A program made the translations under genes and the position numbers. The notes under the pieces are model-generated. The model was not told the origin of the DNA. It was given only the letters and a program-made list of their open reading frames with translations, and made no database searches. A stretch of 64,000 bases of DNA from Anthoceros angustus. Taxonomy: Eukaryota; Plantae; Anthocerotophyta. Positions within the stretch are counted from its first letter, which is position 1. The number at the start of each line of letters is the position of its first letter. The stretch spans positions 984,856 through 1,048,855 of the forward strand of contig MU008176.1 of NCBI GenBank assembly GCA_010909165.1, given 5' to 3'. Shown in pieces: positions 1 through 11,779 of this stretch.

Positions 1-271
1 ACACCCTTGTGAAGAAGGTCACTGGATCTAGCTTAAAGCTGTTTGAGTATATGGAAACCTGTCTTTTCGCACTAGGGACCCTTAGAAAATTGAGTATTAA
101 CGAGATTGATTTTTGAGGAATCCTAGAGTGTGAAGTTGGAAGGGAGCTTTGAGGTGAGATTGAGAGAGGAGGACTAATTGTCGGAACCAAAGTGTGTAGA
201 TGACTAGCACTCTCTAATCTCTCTATTGCTTAGTCCAGAGTAAACGACAAGAGACGATTAGGCTACAGAAG

Positions 272-1009
272 ATGAGAATGAAAAGGACGAGGGCGATGAT
301 TCAAGCGGCGAGGAAAAAAGATTTATGCCTCAACATCGGGGACGTCCAACAAGTTCCAAAAACTAAGAAGACCCATGATACAAAAGCTGATAAACATAGA
401 TTCCAAGGACTAAAAACATCCGGCAATGAGAATAAAGGAATTCAACAGATGAGTATTGACCACAAGGATACCTCGATGGAGGATGATGAAATTGAACACA
501 AGCTAAGTAACGAGAAGCTTGCTCGTGGAAATATATCGAGCACCAACTTGAGCTCAGATTGGAAACGTGATGATCATGTTACTAAAGATGAGAATGAAAA
601 GGAAGAGGACGATGATTCAAGCAACGAGGAAGAAAGACCAAAGCCTCGACGTCGTGGACGTCCGAAGGGGTCAAAAAATAAGAAAACTTTTGGTGCAAAA
701 GTTGCTGGACGTAAATATCAAGAACTCAAATTAACATTCGGCAATATGGATAAAGGAGTTCGAAAGAGGAGTGTTGACCACAAGGACACCTCCTTGGCGG
801 ATGGGCAAGATGATGAAAATGAAAACGAGCTTGGTATTGAGAAGTTTGTTTGTGGTAATAGATCGAGCTTCAATTGGAGCAATTGGAGCTCATGCTGGAA
901 TCTTGAGCAGTCTAATGGAAGCAATATTCATTTTTTTGCCCAACCGCAAGATATGCCTCATTATGTAAATCTCTTCTGGTCTACCTATAATAATTTATTC
1001 CCAAAATAA
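272..1009 (+). CDS. Acidic, lysine-rich ORF with an AT-hook motif (unknown protein, possibly TE-associated)
   Basis: 245-aa ORF containing KPRRRGRPKGSKNKK (AT-hook core RGRP) and an internal duplicated block (IDHKDTSMED... / VDHKDTSLAD...). Its 3' end is duplicated at about 3596. Confidence 0.45.
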   Translation: MRMKRTRAMIQAARKKDLCLNIGDVQQVPKTKKTHDTKADKHRFQGLKTSGNENKGIQQMSIDHKDTSMEDDEIEHKLSNEKLARGNISSTNLSSDWKRDDHVTKDENEKEEDDDSSNEEERPKPRRRGRPKGSKNKKTFGAKVAGRKYQELKLTFGNMDKGVRKRSVDHKDTSLADGQDDENENELGIEKFVCGNRSSFNWSNWSSCWNLEQSNGSNIHFFAQPQDMPHYVNLFWSTYNNLFPK

Positions 1010-4000
1010 GAACAAGTCTCAAAAATGAAGTGTGAAAAAAAAAGTAGTGAAAAGAAGTACCACTATTGCGCTCCCATAAGCGAACTTGGAGAATAATAAC
1101 CCTGACATCAAGGAGACCCGATGGATTCTTTCGGACCTTTGTCTTGTAATGACTATTTGTTTTTGGTAATTATTATGACATTTTTAATCGTGGATTCACA
1201 AGGATTCAAAAAGAAAAAGATCTAAAGATGAGAAAAATAAAATTATAAGAGAAATAAAAATATCAGAAAACTGGAGAAACATGTTAGAGCTATGCAAAAA
1301 AAAGAAATTATATAAAAAATAAAGATAAAAAATAGAAAAAGAGAGAGATTTGTGGTGTACCAAAGAGGACAGAGAGTGTGGACCCTGGATTGTTGTTTTG
1401 TTTTTGAGGGTTTCGGGTGTTTGTTTTTAGGAAACTACGCTTTTAGTAACACCCCCTTTTCAGCGAGGTGGGGCAGTCACGCAGTTAGTGACAAAAACAT
1501 CACCAGACACCAACACTAGGCCTCCAAGTAGCCCGCCATCCTTCCACGGGACGACTCGCAACAAGACGCCCCGCTGTGGTGTTTATTCAGCAAGAGTCAA
1601 CAAGAATATATGAGAGATCGAGAGAGCTCACAATGGCGCATGCATGCGGCTGCTCGACCTCAGACTCCTTCGTCTGCAGCAAGGGTCCTTGGCCTTTGGC
1701 GGAAGGACACTAAGTTCTTCCTTGGCCTTTGGCCAAAGGCAACAAGTTCCCGGCCTTAGCCAAGGAACAAGGCAAAGGAGGCATAAATAGCCTCCGACCT
1801 CAGTGAGATCAAGTTGGTTGCTGAGGCTCCCACTTGATCTGCAGTTCCCAATCACAAGAGAGAAATGAGACAAGTCAGAGGGACTAAGTATGGCTGCCTT
1901 TCCATTCGCATAAACATCTACAATCCAAGAATCCATGGCGGCGCCACATATATAGGCAAAACCCCAAGAGTTCTCGATGAAGTGCCTCCTCGTTCTCGAT
2001 GGTAGGCACTTTAGGTATATTATAATCCTACTTTCCTTGGCCTTGAATAATAATAATGTTTATGAGTTCAACCATCTATTCGCCTTTTCCTTGATTTACG
2101 ATTTTTATGTGTTTTAAATATAGTTCCGATGCCTATATATCGTCATGCCACCGCTACCTACATACATAACCATGTATATAGATTGCATGTGTCATGACAC
2201 ATCGTCTGCTAACATGTCCACATACATCACATGTCATCCATCCGTCATGCATACATACCATGTGCATGCCATCCATGGCGATGCACATGCCATCACATGC
2301 ACGCATCCAAATCAAGTGGCTTATGCCAAATGGGATGCCAATCGATCGGCGTCGTTGTTTCATCACCTGTCACCTTCAAGAATAAGATGACGCCGCAATG
2401 GCCGTGACAGCCGTGCCGGGCTGGCTCGACCCGCACTCCTTCGTCTGCAGCGTCGCCCTGGCCTTTGGCCGGAAGGACACCAAGTTCTTCCTTGGCCTTT
2501 GGCCAGGCAAAGTTCACGGCCTTAGCCAAGGAACACAAGGCAAAGGAGGCATAAATAGCCTCCAGGCCGCGACAGTGAGATCAAGTTGGTTGCAGGGCTC
2601 CCACTTGATCTGCAGTTCCAGTCCGAGAGAAATGAGACAAATGTAGGGGAAGTATGGCTGCCTTTCCATTCGGACAAACATCTACAATCCAAGAATCCAT
2701 GGCGGCGCCACATATATAGGCAAAACCCCAAGAGTTCTCGATGAAGTGCCTCCTCGTTCTCGATGGTAGGCACTTTAGGTATATTATAATCCTACTTTCC
2801 TTGGCCTTGAATAATAATAATGTTTATGAGTTCAACCATCTATTCGCCCTTTTCCTTGATTTACGATTTTTATGTGTTTTAAATATAGTTGATGCCTATA
2901 TATCGTCATGCCGCATACATACATAACCATGTATATAGATTGCATGTGTCATGACACATCGATTCCATGTCCACATACATCACATGTCATCATCATCATG
3001 CATACATACCATGTGCATACCATCCATGGCGATGCACATGCCATGCATACATGCATCCAAATCAAGTGGCTTATGCCAAATGGGATGCCAATCGATCGGC
3101 GTCGTTGTTTCATCGGTCTTGCTTTCTGTCGATTCACGACAAGCATTTGTACAATGGCCGCATGCGCATCTTGTGGCGATTCAAACACCGAGACTCCTTC
3201 GTCTGCGGCAAAATCGTCCTTGGCCTTTGGCGGAAGGACCAAGTTCTTCCTTGGCCTTTGGCCAAAGGCGACAAAGTTCTGGCCAAGGAACAAGGCAAAG
3301 GAGGCATAAATAGCCTCCGGCCGAGCGCACAAATCGGGGTGAAAACCCACTTTTCCACATAAAAAATTGTCACCACAATCCGATGTGAAAAGAACTTACC
3401 AAAGGCCAAACCATCCTTTCGGGCGTTGCGGTGTGAGGTTAGGTGGAGGATGCATCACTCTCCAAATCCTCATCATCCGATTCCTCAAGTTCGGCTTGAT
3501 CTCCTCGAGCTTGACTCCAAGTGCACAAAACTCACAAAATAGGACTCGTCAGAGCTCCCTCCGCTCGGATAATCAAAACAGTTTGGGGCAATGAATCATT
3601 ATGTAAATCTCTTACGGTCTACCTATAATAATTTATTCCCAAAATAAGAACAAGTCTCAAAAATGAAGTGTGAAAAAAAGTAGTGAAAAAAAGTACCACT
3701 ATTGCGCTCCCATAAGCGAACTTGAGAATAATAACCACGACATCAAGGAGACCCAGTGGATTCTTTCGGACCTTTGTCTTGACTATTTGTTTTGGTAATT
3801 ATTATGACATTTTTAATCGTGGATTCACAAGGATTCAAAAGAAAAAGATCTAAAGATGAGAAAAATAAAATTATAAGAAATAAAAATATCAGAAACCGGA
3901 GAAACATGTTAGAGCTATGCAAAAAAAGAAATTATATAAAAAATAAAGATAAAAAATAGAAAAGAGAGAGATTTGTGGTGTACCAAAGAGGAGTGGACCA

Positions 4001-5440
4001 CTGGATTGTTGTTTTGTTTTGAGGGTTTGGTGTTTGTTTTTAGGAAACTACGCTTTTAGTAACACCCCTTTTCGTGAGTGGGCGGTCAGCGCAGGTTAGT
4101 AACAAACATCAGACACCAACACTAGGCCTCAAGTAGCCATCCTTCCACGGACGACTCGCGATCGGCCGCGTCTGGTGGTGTTTATTCCAAGAGTCAACAA
4201 GAATATATGAGAGATCGAGAGCTCAGGCACAATGCGCATAGCGTGCATGCGCGGTTTGGGCTCGACTCCCCTCTGCCGGCCAAAATCGTCCGCCGCCTTT
4301 GGCGGAAGGACACCAAGTTCTTCCTTGGCCTTTGGCCAAAGGCGACAAAGTTCCCGGCCTTAGCCAAGGAACACAAGGCAAAGGAGGCATAAATAGCCTC
4401 CAGGCCGCGACAGTGAGATCAAGTTGGTTGCAGGGCTCCCACTTGATCTGCAGTTCCAGTCCGAGAGAAATGAGACAAATGTAGGGGAAGTATGGCTGCC
4501 TTTCCATTCGGACAAACATCTACAATCCAAGAATCCATGGCGGCGCCACATATATAGGCAAAACCCCAAGAGTTCTCGATGAAGTGCCTCCTCGTTCTCG
4601 ATGGTAGGCACTTTAGGTATATTATAATCCTACTTTCCTTGGCCTTGAATAATAATAATGTTTATGAGTTCAACCATCTATTCGCCCTTTTCCTTGATTT
4701 ACGATTTTTATGTGTTTTAAATATAGTTGATGCCTATATATCGTCATGCCGCATACATACATAACCATGTATATAGATTGCATGTGTCATGACACATCGA
4801 TTCCATGTCCACATACATCACATGTCATCATCATCATGCATACATACCATGTGCATACCATCCATGAAATGCCATGCATACATGCATCCAAATCAAGTGG
4901 CTTATGCCAAATGGGATGCCAATCGATCGGCGTCGTTGTTTCATCGGTCTTGCTTTCTGTCGATTCACGACAAGCATTTGTACAATGGCCGCATGCGCAT
5001 CTTGTGGCGATTCAAACACCGAGACTCCTTCGTCTGCGGCAAAATCGTCCTTGGCCTTTGGCGGAAGGACCAAGTTCTTCCTTGGCCTTTGGCCAAAGGC
5101 GACAAAGTTCTGGCCAAGGAACAAGGCAAAGGAGGCATAAATAGCCTCCGGCCGAGCGCACAAATCGGGGTGAAAACCCACTTTTCCACACCAAAATGTC
5201 GGCCACAATCCGATGGTGAAAGCGAGAACTTACCAAAGGCCAAACCATCCTTTCGCGAGCGGCGGTGTGAGGTTAGGTGGAGGATCTGCATCACTCTCCA
5301 GATCCTCATCATCCGATTCCTCAACAGGTTCGGGCTTGATCTCCTCAGGCTTGACTCCAAGTGCAGCAAACCTGTCAAAAATAGGACTACATGTGGCAGT
5401 CCTCTTGGATAATCAAAAGCGAGGTTTGGGGCAATGAATC
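957..5440. repeat. Composite modular tandem array (W-Y-X-Y-X-Y-Z-W-Y-X-Y-Z)
   Basis: tcattatgtaaatctc...(W) at about 957 and 3596. cttggcctttgg...ggaggcataaatagcctcc (Y) five times. gtgagatcaagttggttgc...(X) at 1803, 2575 and 4413. ccgagcgcacaaatcggggtg...ggggcaatgaatc (Z) at about 3319 and 5149. Confidence 0.9.
4413..4974. repeat. LTR-like repeat X, left copy nearest the retroelement body (further copies 1803-2364 and 2575-3143)
   Basis: About 560-bp segment nearly identical to 15946-16514, so direct repeats flank the gag-pol region. No PBS, PPT or TSD could be identified. Confidence 0.6.
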
Positions 5441-5616
5441 GTCATGTGCGGTCTTGCCAAGCTTCTTGTTGGCTCATCTGTCCATGAATCCCATCTTTGT
5501 TTGCTCAAGGTAAGGGATCTTCACTTGTCTGTGACACGATAGAATTGCCTGGGCCATCCAACAACGGTGTGGCCTGTCTTGAGGTGATGGAAGAATAGTA
5601 GCCGCCTTTTCGTAGA

Positions 5617-6300
5617 CTAACCTTTACGCACTGCTTCCCACATGATCAGCTCCTTGGGCAACCTCAAGCCATCAAACACTTGATGCATGAAGAATTGTTG
5701 TTGCAGTTTGCGCCAGGCTCCTTCACAGTATGCTGTCCATGTCCAAGACATGGCCTGGAGTCCTCGTCTATGCAACTCAAACAAATCACGGTGATCTGTG
5801 GGGTAAAACTCCACTCGACACCGCTCGTGGTGTGTTTCCACATACAGCAGGAACTCGCCGAGCTCCCTAAAACTCACCGGGAATTCTCTCCCGATACGCC
5901 CACCGCAGGATAAATCCCATTTGCTTGCCCTCGTTATTGATCGGAGGAGCGTCTTTGGGAGATCTTGCACCAAGTTGCCGCACCTGCACACCTTTGGTGG
6001 CACTACTTCAAGAACGGCAACTGGACACCGTAGACTGCTGCTCATGCTGCTCTTGTGTGTCTGTAGGAGCAAACCGTCCTCTGCTCCCGAGCCCCTTGTC
6101 CTAGTAGGCACCTGCTCCTTCTCACGTCGTGGCGTTGCATCACGGTGGTGCTCTGCGCTGGGTTCGAGGCTTCTTCCTCGCTGTCGTGCTTCTCGCCGCC
6201 CACGGGCTGCGCGGTGAGCCTCCATCTCCTCCTCGGTGGCCGTTGCTTTCGTGGCCTCCCTCTCTTGCGCTTGGGTGCTTGGACCCAAACACCACCGCAC
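5617..6300 (-). CDS. Additional ORF of unknown function in the 3' part of the retroelement
   Basis: 227-aa ORF downstream of integrase/PHD, with a charged N-half and a globular-looking C-half (FRELGEFLLYVETHHERCRVEFYP...). No recognised domain. Confidence 0.35.
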   Translation of the reverse strand: MRWCLGPSTQAQEREATKATATEEEMEAHRAARGRREARQRGRSLEPSAEHHRDATPRREKEQVPTRTRGSGAEDGLLLQTHKSSMSSSLRCPVAVLEVVPPKVCRCGNLVQDLPKTLLRSITRASKWDLSCGGRIGREFPVSFRELGEFLLYVETHHERCRVEFYPTDHRDLFELHRRGLQAMSWTWTAYCEGAWRKLQQQFFMHQVFDGLRLPKELIMWEAVRKG

Positions 6301-6416
6301 CTTCTTCGCTAATTGGTGCTAGGGCTGTGGTCCGCCTTCTCGACATGGTTCGTAACTCGCTCCATCCAACTTGAACCAACTTTGCACATAGTCTCAGGAA
6401 GGCGAGCACTTGCTGT

Positions 6417-7020
6417 GATTGTCGAGCCCCGAGGAAGACTCCTCCAGTGCAGCAAGCCCAATTTGGCGTCGTGCTCTCTTCCACCTGGCCTTGGTGTCAC
6501 TAAATTCCTCGGAGGCCCGGACAAGCTGCCGGTGAGTGGCTCTAAAGGCACTCCTCAAGAATAGCAGACTCCGCGAGTTGCCTTGTTGGCGTTTGGCCTT
6601 GGCAACAAGGAATTTTGCAGATACGCCCGACTAATCCTCTTTTGCAACTACTCACATTTCGCTCTCGTCCTCTTGTACCCATTCCAACACGAGCCGAGTG
6701 TTACTCCAACTCTGCTCTGTGATTGTCGAGCCCCGGTGAGAGACTCTCCAGCTGCAGACCAATTTACAGGCGTCGTGCTCTCTTCCACTGCGCTGGCCTT
6801 GGTGTCACTAAATTCCTCGGAGGCCCGGACAAGCTGCCGGTGAGTGGCTCACTGCAGGCACTCCTCAAGAATAGCGGCGCTGAGTTGCCTTGTTGGCGTT
6901 TGGCCTTGGCAACAAGGAATTTTGCAGATACGCTCAGCTTGAACTTTCCTCTTTTGCAACTGCGCACTTTTCGCTCGTCCTCTTGTACCCATTCCAACAC
7001 GAGTTGTCTTTGAGTGTTAC
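6417..7020. repeat. About 304-bp tandem duplication downstream of the PHD region
   Basis: gattgtcgagcccc at 6417 and 6721, with ttggtgtcactaaattcctcggaggcccggacaagctgccgg in both copies. Confidence 0.85.
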
Positions 7021-8520
7021 TCTCAACTCCTGCTCTGGAAGGTACTTCTTCTTCATTACTCCAAATAGAGCCATGGTCGCATGCAAACTTGTTGAATCAC
7101 AATGTTCGCCAATTCCTTCCGAATTTCCATGAGTGCAGAAAGGAAAATATGATAGCCTCTGTTGCACCTGTCACATAAGAGCATAAGCTCTTCATCCGTG
7201 GTGTGCCCACATGCCTCAAGGCAAGTCTCGCCGTGGTACCCATGTTTGAGGAACAATTCTCACATCAAGATTTGGTAAGTGACATGGAGCTAAATGTTTC
7301 ATATGCTCCTTGCATCTTCGCCATCCTGGCCCTTCGAGTTCCACTACTCCTTGCTCACCCACATTTACCACGAGAATCAACCTACCATCGACATCTAATG
7401 TGCTTGCCGGTCGTGTTGTAGGTACACATAATCTCCTGCGAATTTCTAGCCTTGGCTTCCATGAGCCCCAGCGTGTGAGCATATCTTAACTGGTCTCTGT
7501 AATTGCGCGCAAGTCCATAGCCATGGGCGTAATCCTTGAACATTTCTCGCCTAGCTTGCACTTGTCAGAACACCTCCATATTCCTACTCCAATCTGCTGA
7601 GTAGAATATTTGTCTTGCACCACATTGGGCAAAGCGCATTCCTTCCGAACAACAAAGTACGGATCAAGCTTCCCAATCCGCTCGCAGCACGCTCCATGCT
7701 GGAAGACCTTCCGCCTCCAAGATACGCTCCAAGACGAACTTTCCTCTTTTGCAACTACTTTGTCATTTCGCTCTCGTCCTCTTGTACCCATTCCAACACG
7801 AGCGCCGAGTGTTACTCTCCAACTCTGCTCGTGTACAAGGTACTTCTTCATTACTCGGTAGATAGAGCCATGGTCGCATGCAAACTTGTTGAATCACAAT
7901 GTTCACATAGCCAATTCCTTCCGAATTTCCATGAGTCGGTGTTAGGCGTAAAATATGATAGCCTCTCACTTTCACACATAAGAGCATAAGCTCTTCATCC
8001 GGTGCCCACATGCCTCAAGGCAAGTCTCGCGGGTGGTACCCATGTTTGAGGAACAATTCTCACATCAAGATTTGGTAAGTGACATGGAGCTAAATGTTTC
8101 ATATGCTCCTTGCATCTTCCGCCATCCGTCCTTGAGTTCCACTACTCCTTGCTCACCCACATTTACCACCGAGAATCAACCTACCAAATTTACATCTAAT
8201 GTGCTTCATCCGGTTGTAGGTACACATAATCTCCGTGCGAATTTCCTAGCCTTGGCTTCCATGAGCCCCAGCGTGTGAGCATATCTTAAGCGGTCTCTGT
8301 GCAATCGCAAGATTGTCCATAGCCATGGGCGTAATCCTTCTGAACATTTCTCGCTCTAGCTTGCACTTGTAAGCACACCTCCATATTCCTACTCCAATCT
8401 GTGAGAATATTTGTCTTGCACCACATTGGGCAAAGCGCATTCCTTCCGAACAATGTAGTACGGATCAAGCTCAATGTCGCGCACGCTCCATGCTGGAAGA
8501 CCTTCCGCAAAACCCCACCG
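6934..8520 (-). pseudogene. Integrase C-terminal region plus PHD finger, present as two tandem copies of about 800 bp
   Basis: Frames give PMAMDNLAIAQ..., LVVNVGEQGVVELEG...KEHMKHLAPCHLPNLD..., then CLEACGHTTDEELMLLCDRCNRGYHIF (7056-7256) and DEELMLLCVKVRGYHI (7763-8011). Anchor ccacattgg(g)gcaaagcgcattcc occurs at about 7621 and 8421. Confidence 0.8.
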
Positions 8521-9266
8521 CTCGCACTCTTTCCATTTGCCCATTGTGATTGCTGCGCAATGAATCTCCGTATCGCATTGTCCGCCATCGACATTGCAAG
8601 AATGCCACCGCCAACCTACGGTTTCCACATTCCTAATTTTGTTTCCATTCTCAATTGGTGCAAAGTACCACGCTGAATCGCTGTTCCACATGGGTGCGCA
8701 CTCACTCTATAACCCAACACAATATAGGGAAGTAATTCATCCCGACTTGGGTTCCATGTGATGCATTTCGAGAGCCTTGAATGTCTCGAACCAACCTTCG
8801 CTGCACCATCACCTTGAGGATGATCCTCGACGCTTCCGTGATCAATCGACTTCGCCCAAAGAACGTGAATTCTCCTCTGAATTCATTGCCTTGACTGAGC
8901 ACCTCCGCACAACTTCCAAATGCTTAGTACACACCGCAGAAAGGCTCACTGGTGTAATATGAGGTTCTTGAGGCGTAAATGCTACCTCCACCCACTTGGA
9001 GAAGTGCTCAATCATCACCATACGGACGATTTCCTTGCTTTGTCAATGGTAGTTCCGGCATCAAGTCCACCGACCACCTGAAAAACAAACCCCGGATTGG
9101 TAAAGAGTGTAACACAACATCTTGTGTGTTAAACTCGGCCTTCATCGCATCACGCGCGCTAGCCACCACTCTTTCCACATCTCGCATACATGCGGACGAA
9201 ATATGTGGTCTTGACATGTGGTGTGTCCTTTTACACCAAAGTGACCTAGTGTTTCATGCACTTTAA
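8389..9266 (-). pseudogene. Retroviral-type integrase core (frameshifted)
   Basis: LHSLPIRGLFFRWSVDLMPELPLTKQGNR (first catalytic D) and LSQGNEFRGEF (degenerate xDxGxEF motif) lie in separate frames. Confidence 0.8.
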
Positions 9267-9563
9267 TCACAATCCTGTTCTTTCTTGGGACTTGGCACCT
9301 TCTTTACAACCTCTCCTTCAGCAACAGCTCTCCATCCCGCCATGAGTATCGCCACTGCCTCCGTAGTCCGCGCTTTCTGACCGACATTAGGTATACCTTC
9401 TTTAGCCAACGCTTGTGAATGCCTCGGATGTCCCCGATGACTCTAAGATCCGCCTCCTCCTGCTCACCTTCGATCGCCATGAGTGCCATGAAACGCTGGG
9501 CACATTTTCCATGTGTCCTAGGTCTTGTGCTCCGTGTGGCATCGTGATTTCATGGATTCCTAC

Positions 9564-9879
9564 TCAAACCATGCATTGTGGTGCACCTTGCACTCTATGC
9601 GATTTCCATGTCATAGGGACAAGAATGCCCACGGCGGTTCCGCTCAACTTCATGTTGGTCATGAGCCAATGAAGTGGTTGGTGATCCGTCACCAACTGGA
9701 AACGCCTTCCAAACAGATAAATTCTGAAATGCAACATCGCATCGCAGAAGACACTCTCCTTCATATGAGGAGTAGTTTACCTCTGCAGAATTGTTGGATC
9801 GGCTTGCATAAGCCACAACTCGCTCCATTCCTTCGGCCACCGTGATGATCGCTCCTATCCTCGCAATACTCCAATCCAT
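9564..9879 (-). pseudogene. RNase H domain (frameshifted)
   Basis: VVAYASRSNNSAEVNYSSYEGECL and FRIYLFGRRFQLVTDHQPLHWLM, both typical gypsy RNase H motifs. Confidence 0.85.
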
Positions 9880-9949
9880 ATAGTAACAAACGGCTTCTCA
9901 AAGTCGGTCTAAGCATGGGCTTCTCACCAATTGATCCCTTAGATCTTGC

Positions 9950-10969
9950 CTAGCTCGTTCTTGATCCCATTTCCAAGTTACCTCCTTCTTCAGCATCTCG
10001 TACAAGGGTTTGCATGTGGAACTGAGGTCTTTCATAAACCTCCTGTAGTAGTTCACCAACCCAGAATGCTCTAAGAGCTGCCACATCCTTGGGCCTAGGC
10101 ATCTGCATCACGGCCTGCACCTTAGCCAACTGCGGCATGATTCCTCCTGGCACAATTTCATGTCCAAGATACTCAATCCGCTTGAATGCAAATTTGCACT
10201 TTTTCGGATGAGCTTTCAAGCCTGATTTGGACAATCTTTGCAGCAGAGTCTCCAGATGATCCATGTGTTCCTCGATGGTGTCGCTGAAAACTAGGATGTC
10301 GTCAATGTAACAACGCACAAACGGCAGATCCTGCAGCTCCAAGTCTGCAATTCTCTGGAAATATATGGAAGCATTTTTCAGCCCGAAGGGCATAGTCTCC
10401 CATTCCCAAAGCTGATCCTTTCCCCAGAAAGCCGTTTTGCTCTTGTCCTGCTCCTCAATCACAATCTGATTGAAACCTGAGCGGAAATCCAAAGTGGTAA
10501 AGTACTTTGCCTTACCAATTGCATCAAAAATCTCATCAGGAGTAGGCATGGGATACCGCTCCATCAACGTCACCTCGTTGAGAGGTCGATAGTCTCCACA
10601 CATTCGCCTATCTTTCCACTCGCCATTTTCGTCCTTCTTGTTGGGAGACAGACATACTCGAGCTTGATTTCGAATCAATCTGCTCAAGCCTCGACAACGC
10701 TTGTCCACAATTTCCCACTCTGCTGGACTCAACCTATGCCTTCTTCTGAAGATAGGCTCAGAGCTGGTGGTAACAATCTTAAACTTGATCTTTTCGTACC
10801 TTCCTAGCTCATTCCAGCTGAACGCAAAAGCACCTCTGTTTTTCTCGAGCATGTCGATGATCTTTTGTTTGTCCTCTGGACTGACGTCTTCATCAATCTT
10901 CCAGACGTGAACCTCCTTGGTGACACTCTTGGTTACAAACTCTGTTTCCACAGCAGCCATGCCAAACAT
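9950..10969 (-). CDS. Reverse transcriptase domain of the Ty3/gypsy pol
   Basis: RMCGDYRPLN, FTTLDFRSGFNQI, KTAFW, MPFGLKNA, CYIDDILVFS, KKCKFAFKRIEYLGH. Confidence 0.95.
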   Translation of the reverse strand: MFGMAAVETEFVTKSVTKEVHVWKIDEDVSPEDKQKIIDMLEKNRGAFAFSWNELGRYEKIKFKIVTTSSEPIFRRRHRLSPAEWEIVDKRCRGLSRLIRNQARVCLSPNKKDENGEWKDRRMCGDYRPLNEVTLMERYPMPTPDEIFDAIGKAKYFTTLDFRSGFNQIVIEEQDKSKTAFWGKDQLWEWETMPFGLKNASIYFQRIADLELQDLPFVRCYIDDILVFSDTIEEHMDHLETLLQRLSKSGLKAHPKKCKFAFKRIEYLGHEIVPGGIMPQLAKVQAVMQMPRPKDVAALRAFWVGELLQEVYERPQFHMQTLVRDAEEGGNLEMGSRTS

Positions 10970-11779
10970 GTCTTGGGTTCCTTCCCTTTCATCCGCCTGC
11001 GGCTTTCCATCTTCGCTAGCGGTGATGGCTCTTTTCCTTCACCTAACCTGAAATGCCAATCCAAGACTCACTAACCACCTTAAGTCAGATAGATCGAATG
11101 CCCGAAAGAACTTGTGTTTGACGCCTCACTCACACCCATGGTCTGCGTACCCTTCTTGGCAAATCCATGGCTTGTTCGCGTTCCTCAACATTGAGCTCTC
11201 CTAGCTCCTCTCCTTTGAGTCCGGATCATGCCATCTCCTCCTCACCGAATGCGAGGATTGTGGCGTTTTACCAAAGTCGGCCACGCCCTCGCTTCACCAA
11301 CTCGCTCATCGGATAAAGCGGAAGTTTGTCCATCTTCTTGACTTCTGAGTACCTTTACGGTTCCATGATTTCACTACCCGTGTGATGGAACCATGAGTGT
11401 TCTGTTGTCTCGTGTCTCAAGTCCCGCAACGTTGGTCCGATGGCTGCGAATCCTGCTGCGTAAGAGCCACCTGCCGCAGCATCAATGACCAGCTCATTGC
11501 GAACCATGATCGGACCTCCTCATACATCGTTCGGCGGACGCTTGTCCAACGCTCCACACGTTTTCCAAGATATGTAAGATCCGGGATTCACAAGTTGAAC
11601 CTCACGACAACCGCGCGACCTCGGCAAGGGAAACACCTTCGCCTTCCCTCTTCCCCGCTTTCGAGAAGGTCTTACATTCCCATCTGCGATGATCATATCC
11701 ATCGGACGGGATGAGCTTGCAGCTTCCTTCCCACAAGCTTGATCCGTGCAGCTGCTCGACAACCTCTCATCGCGTCTTA

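Noticed and set aside
2145-5144. Many His/Met/Cys-rich short ORFs on both strands
   Set aside because: They arise from the CATG/CACAT-rich low-complexity part of repeat X, and frames are not conserved between copies.
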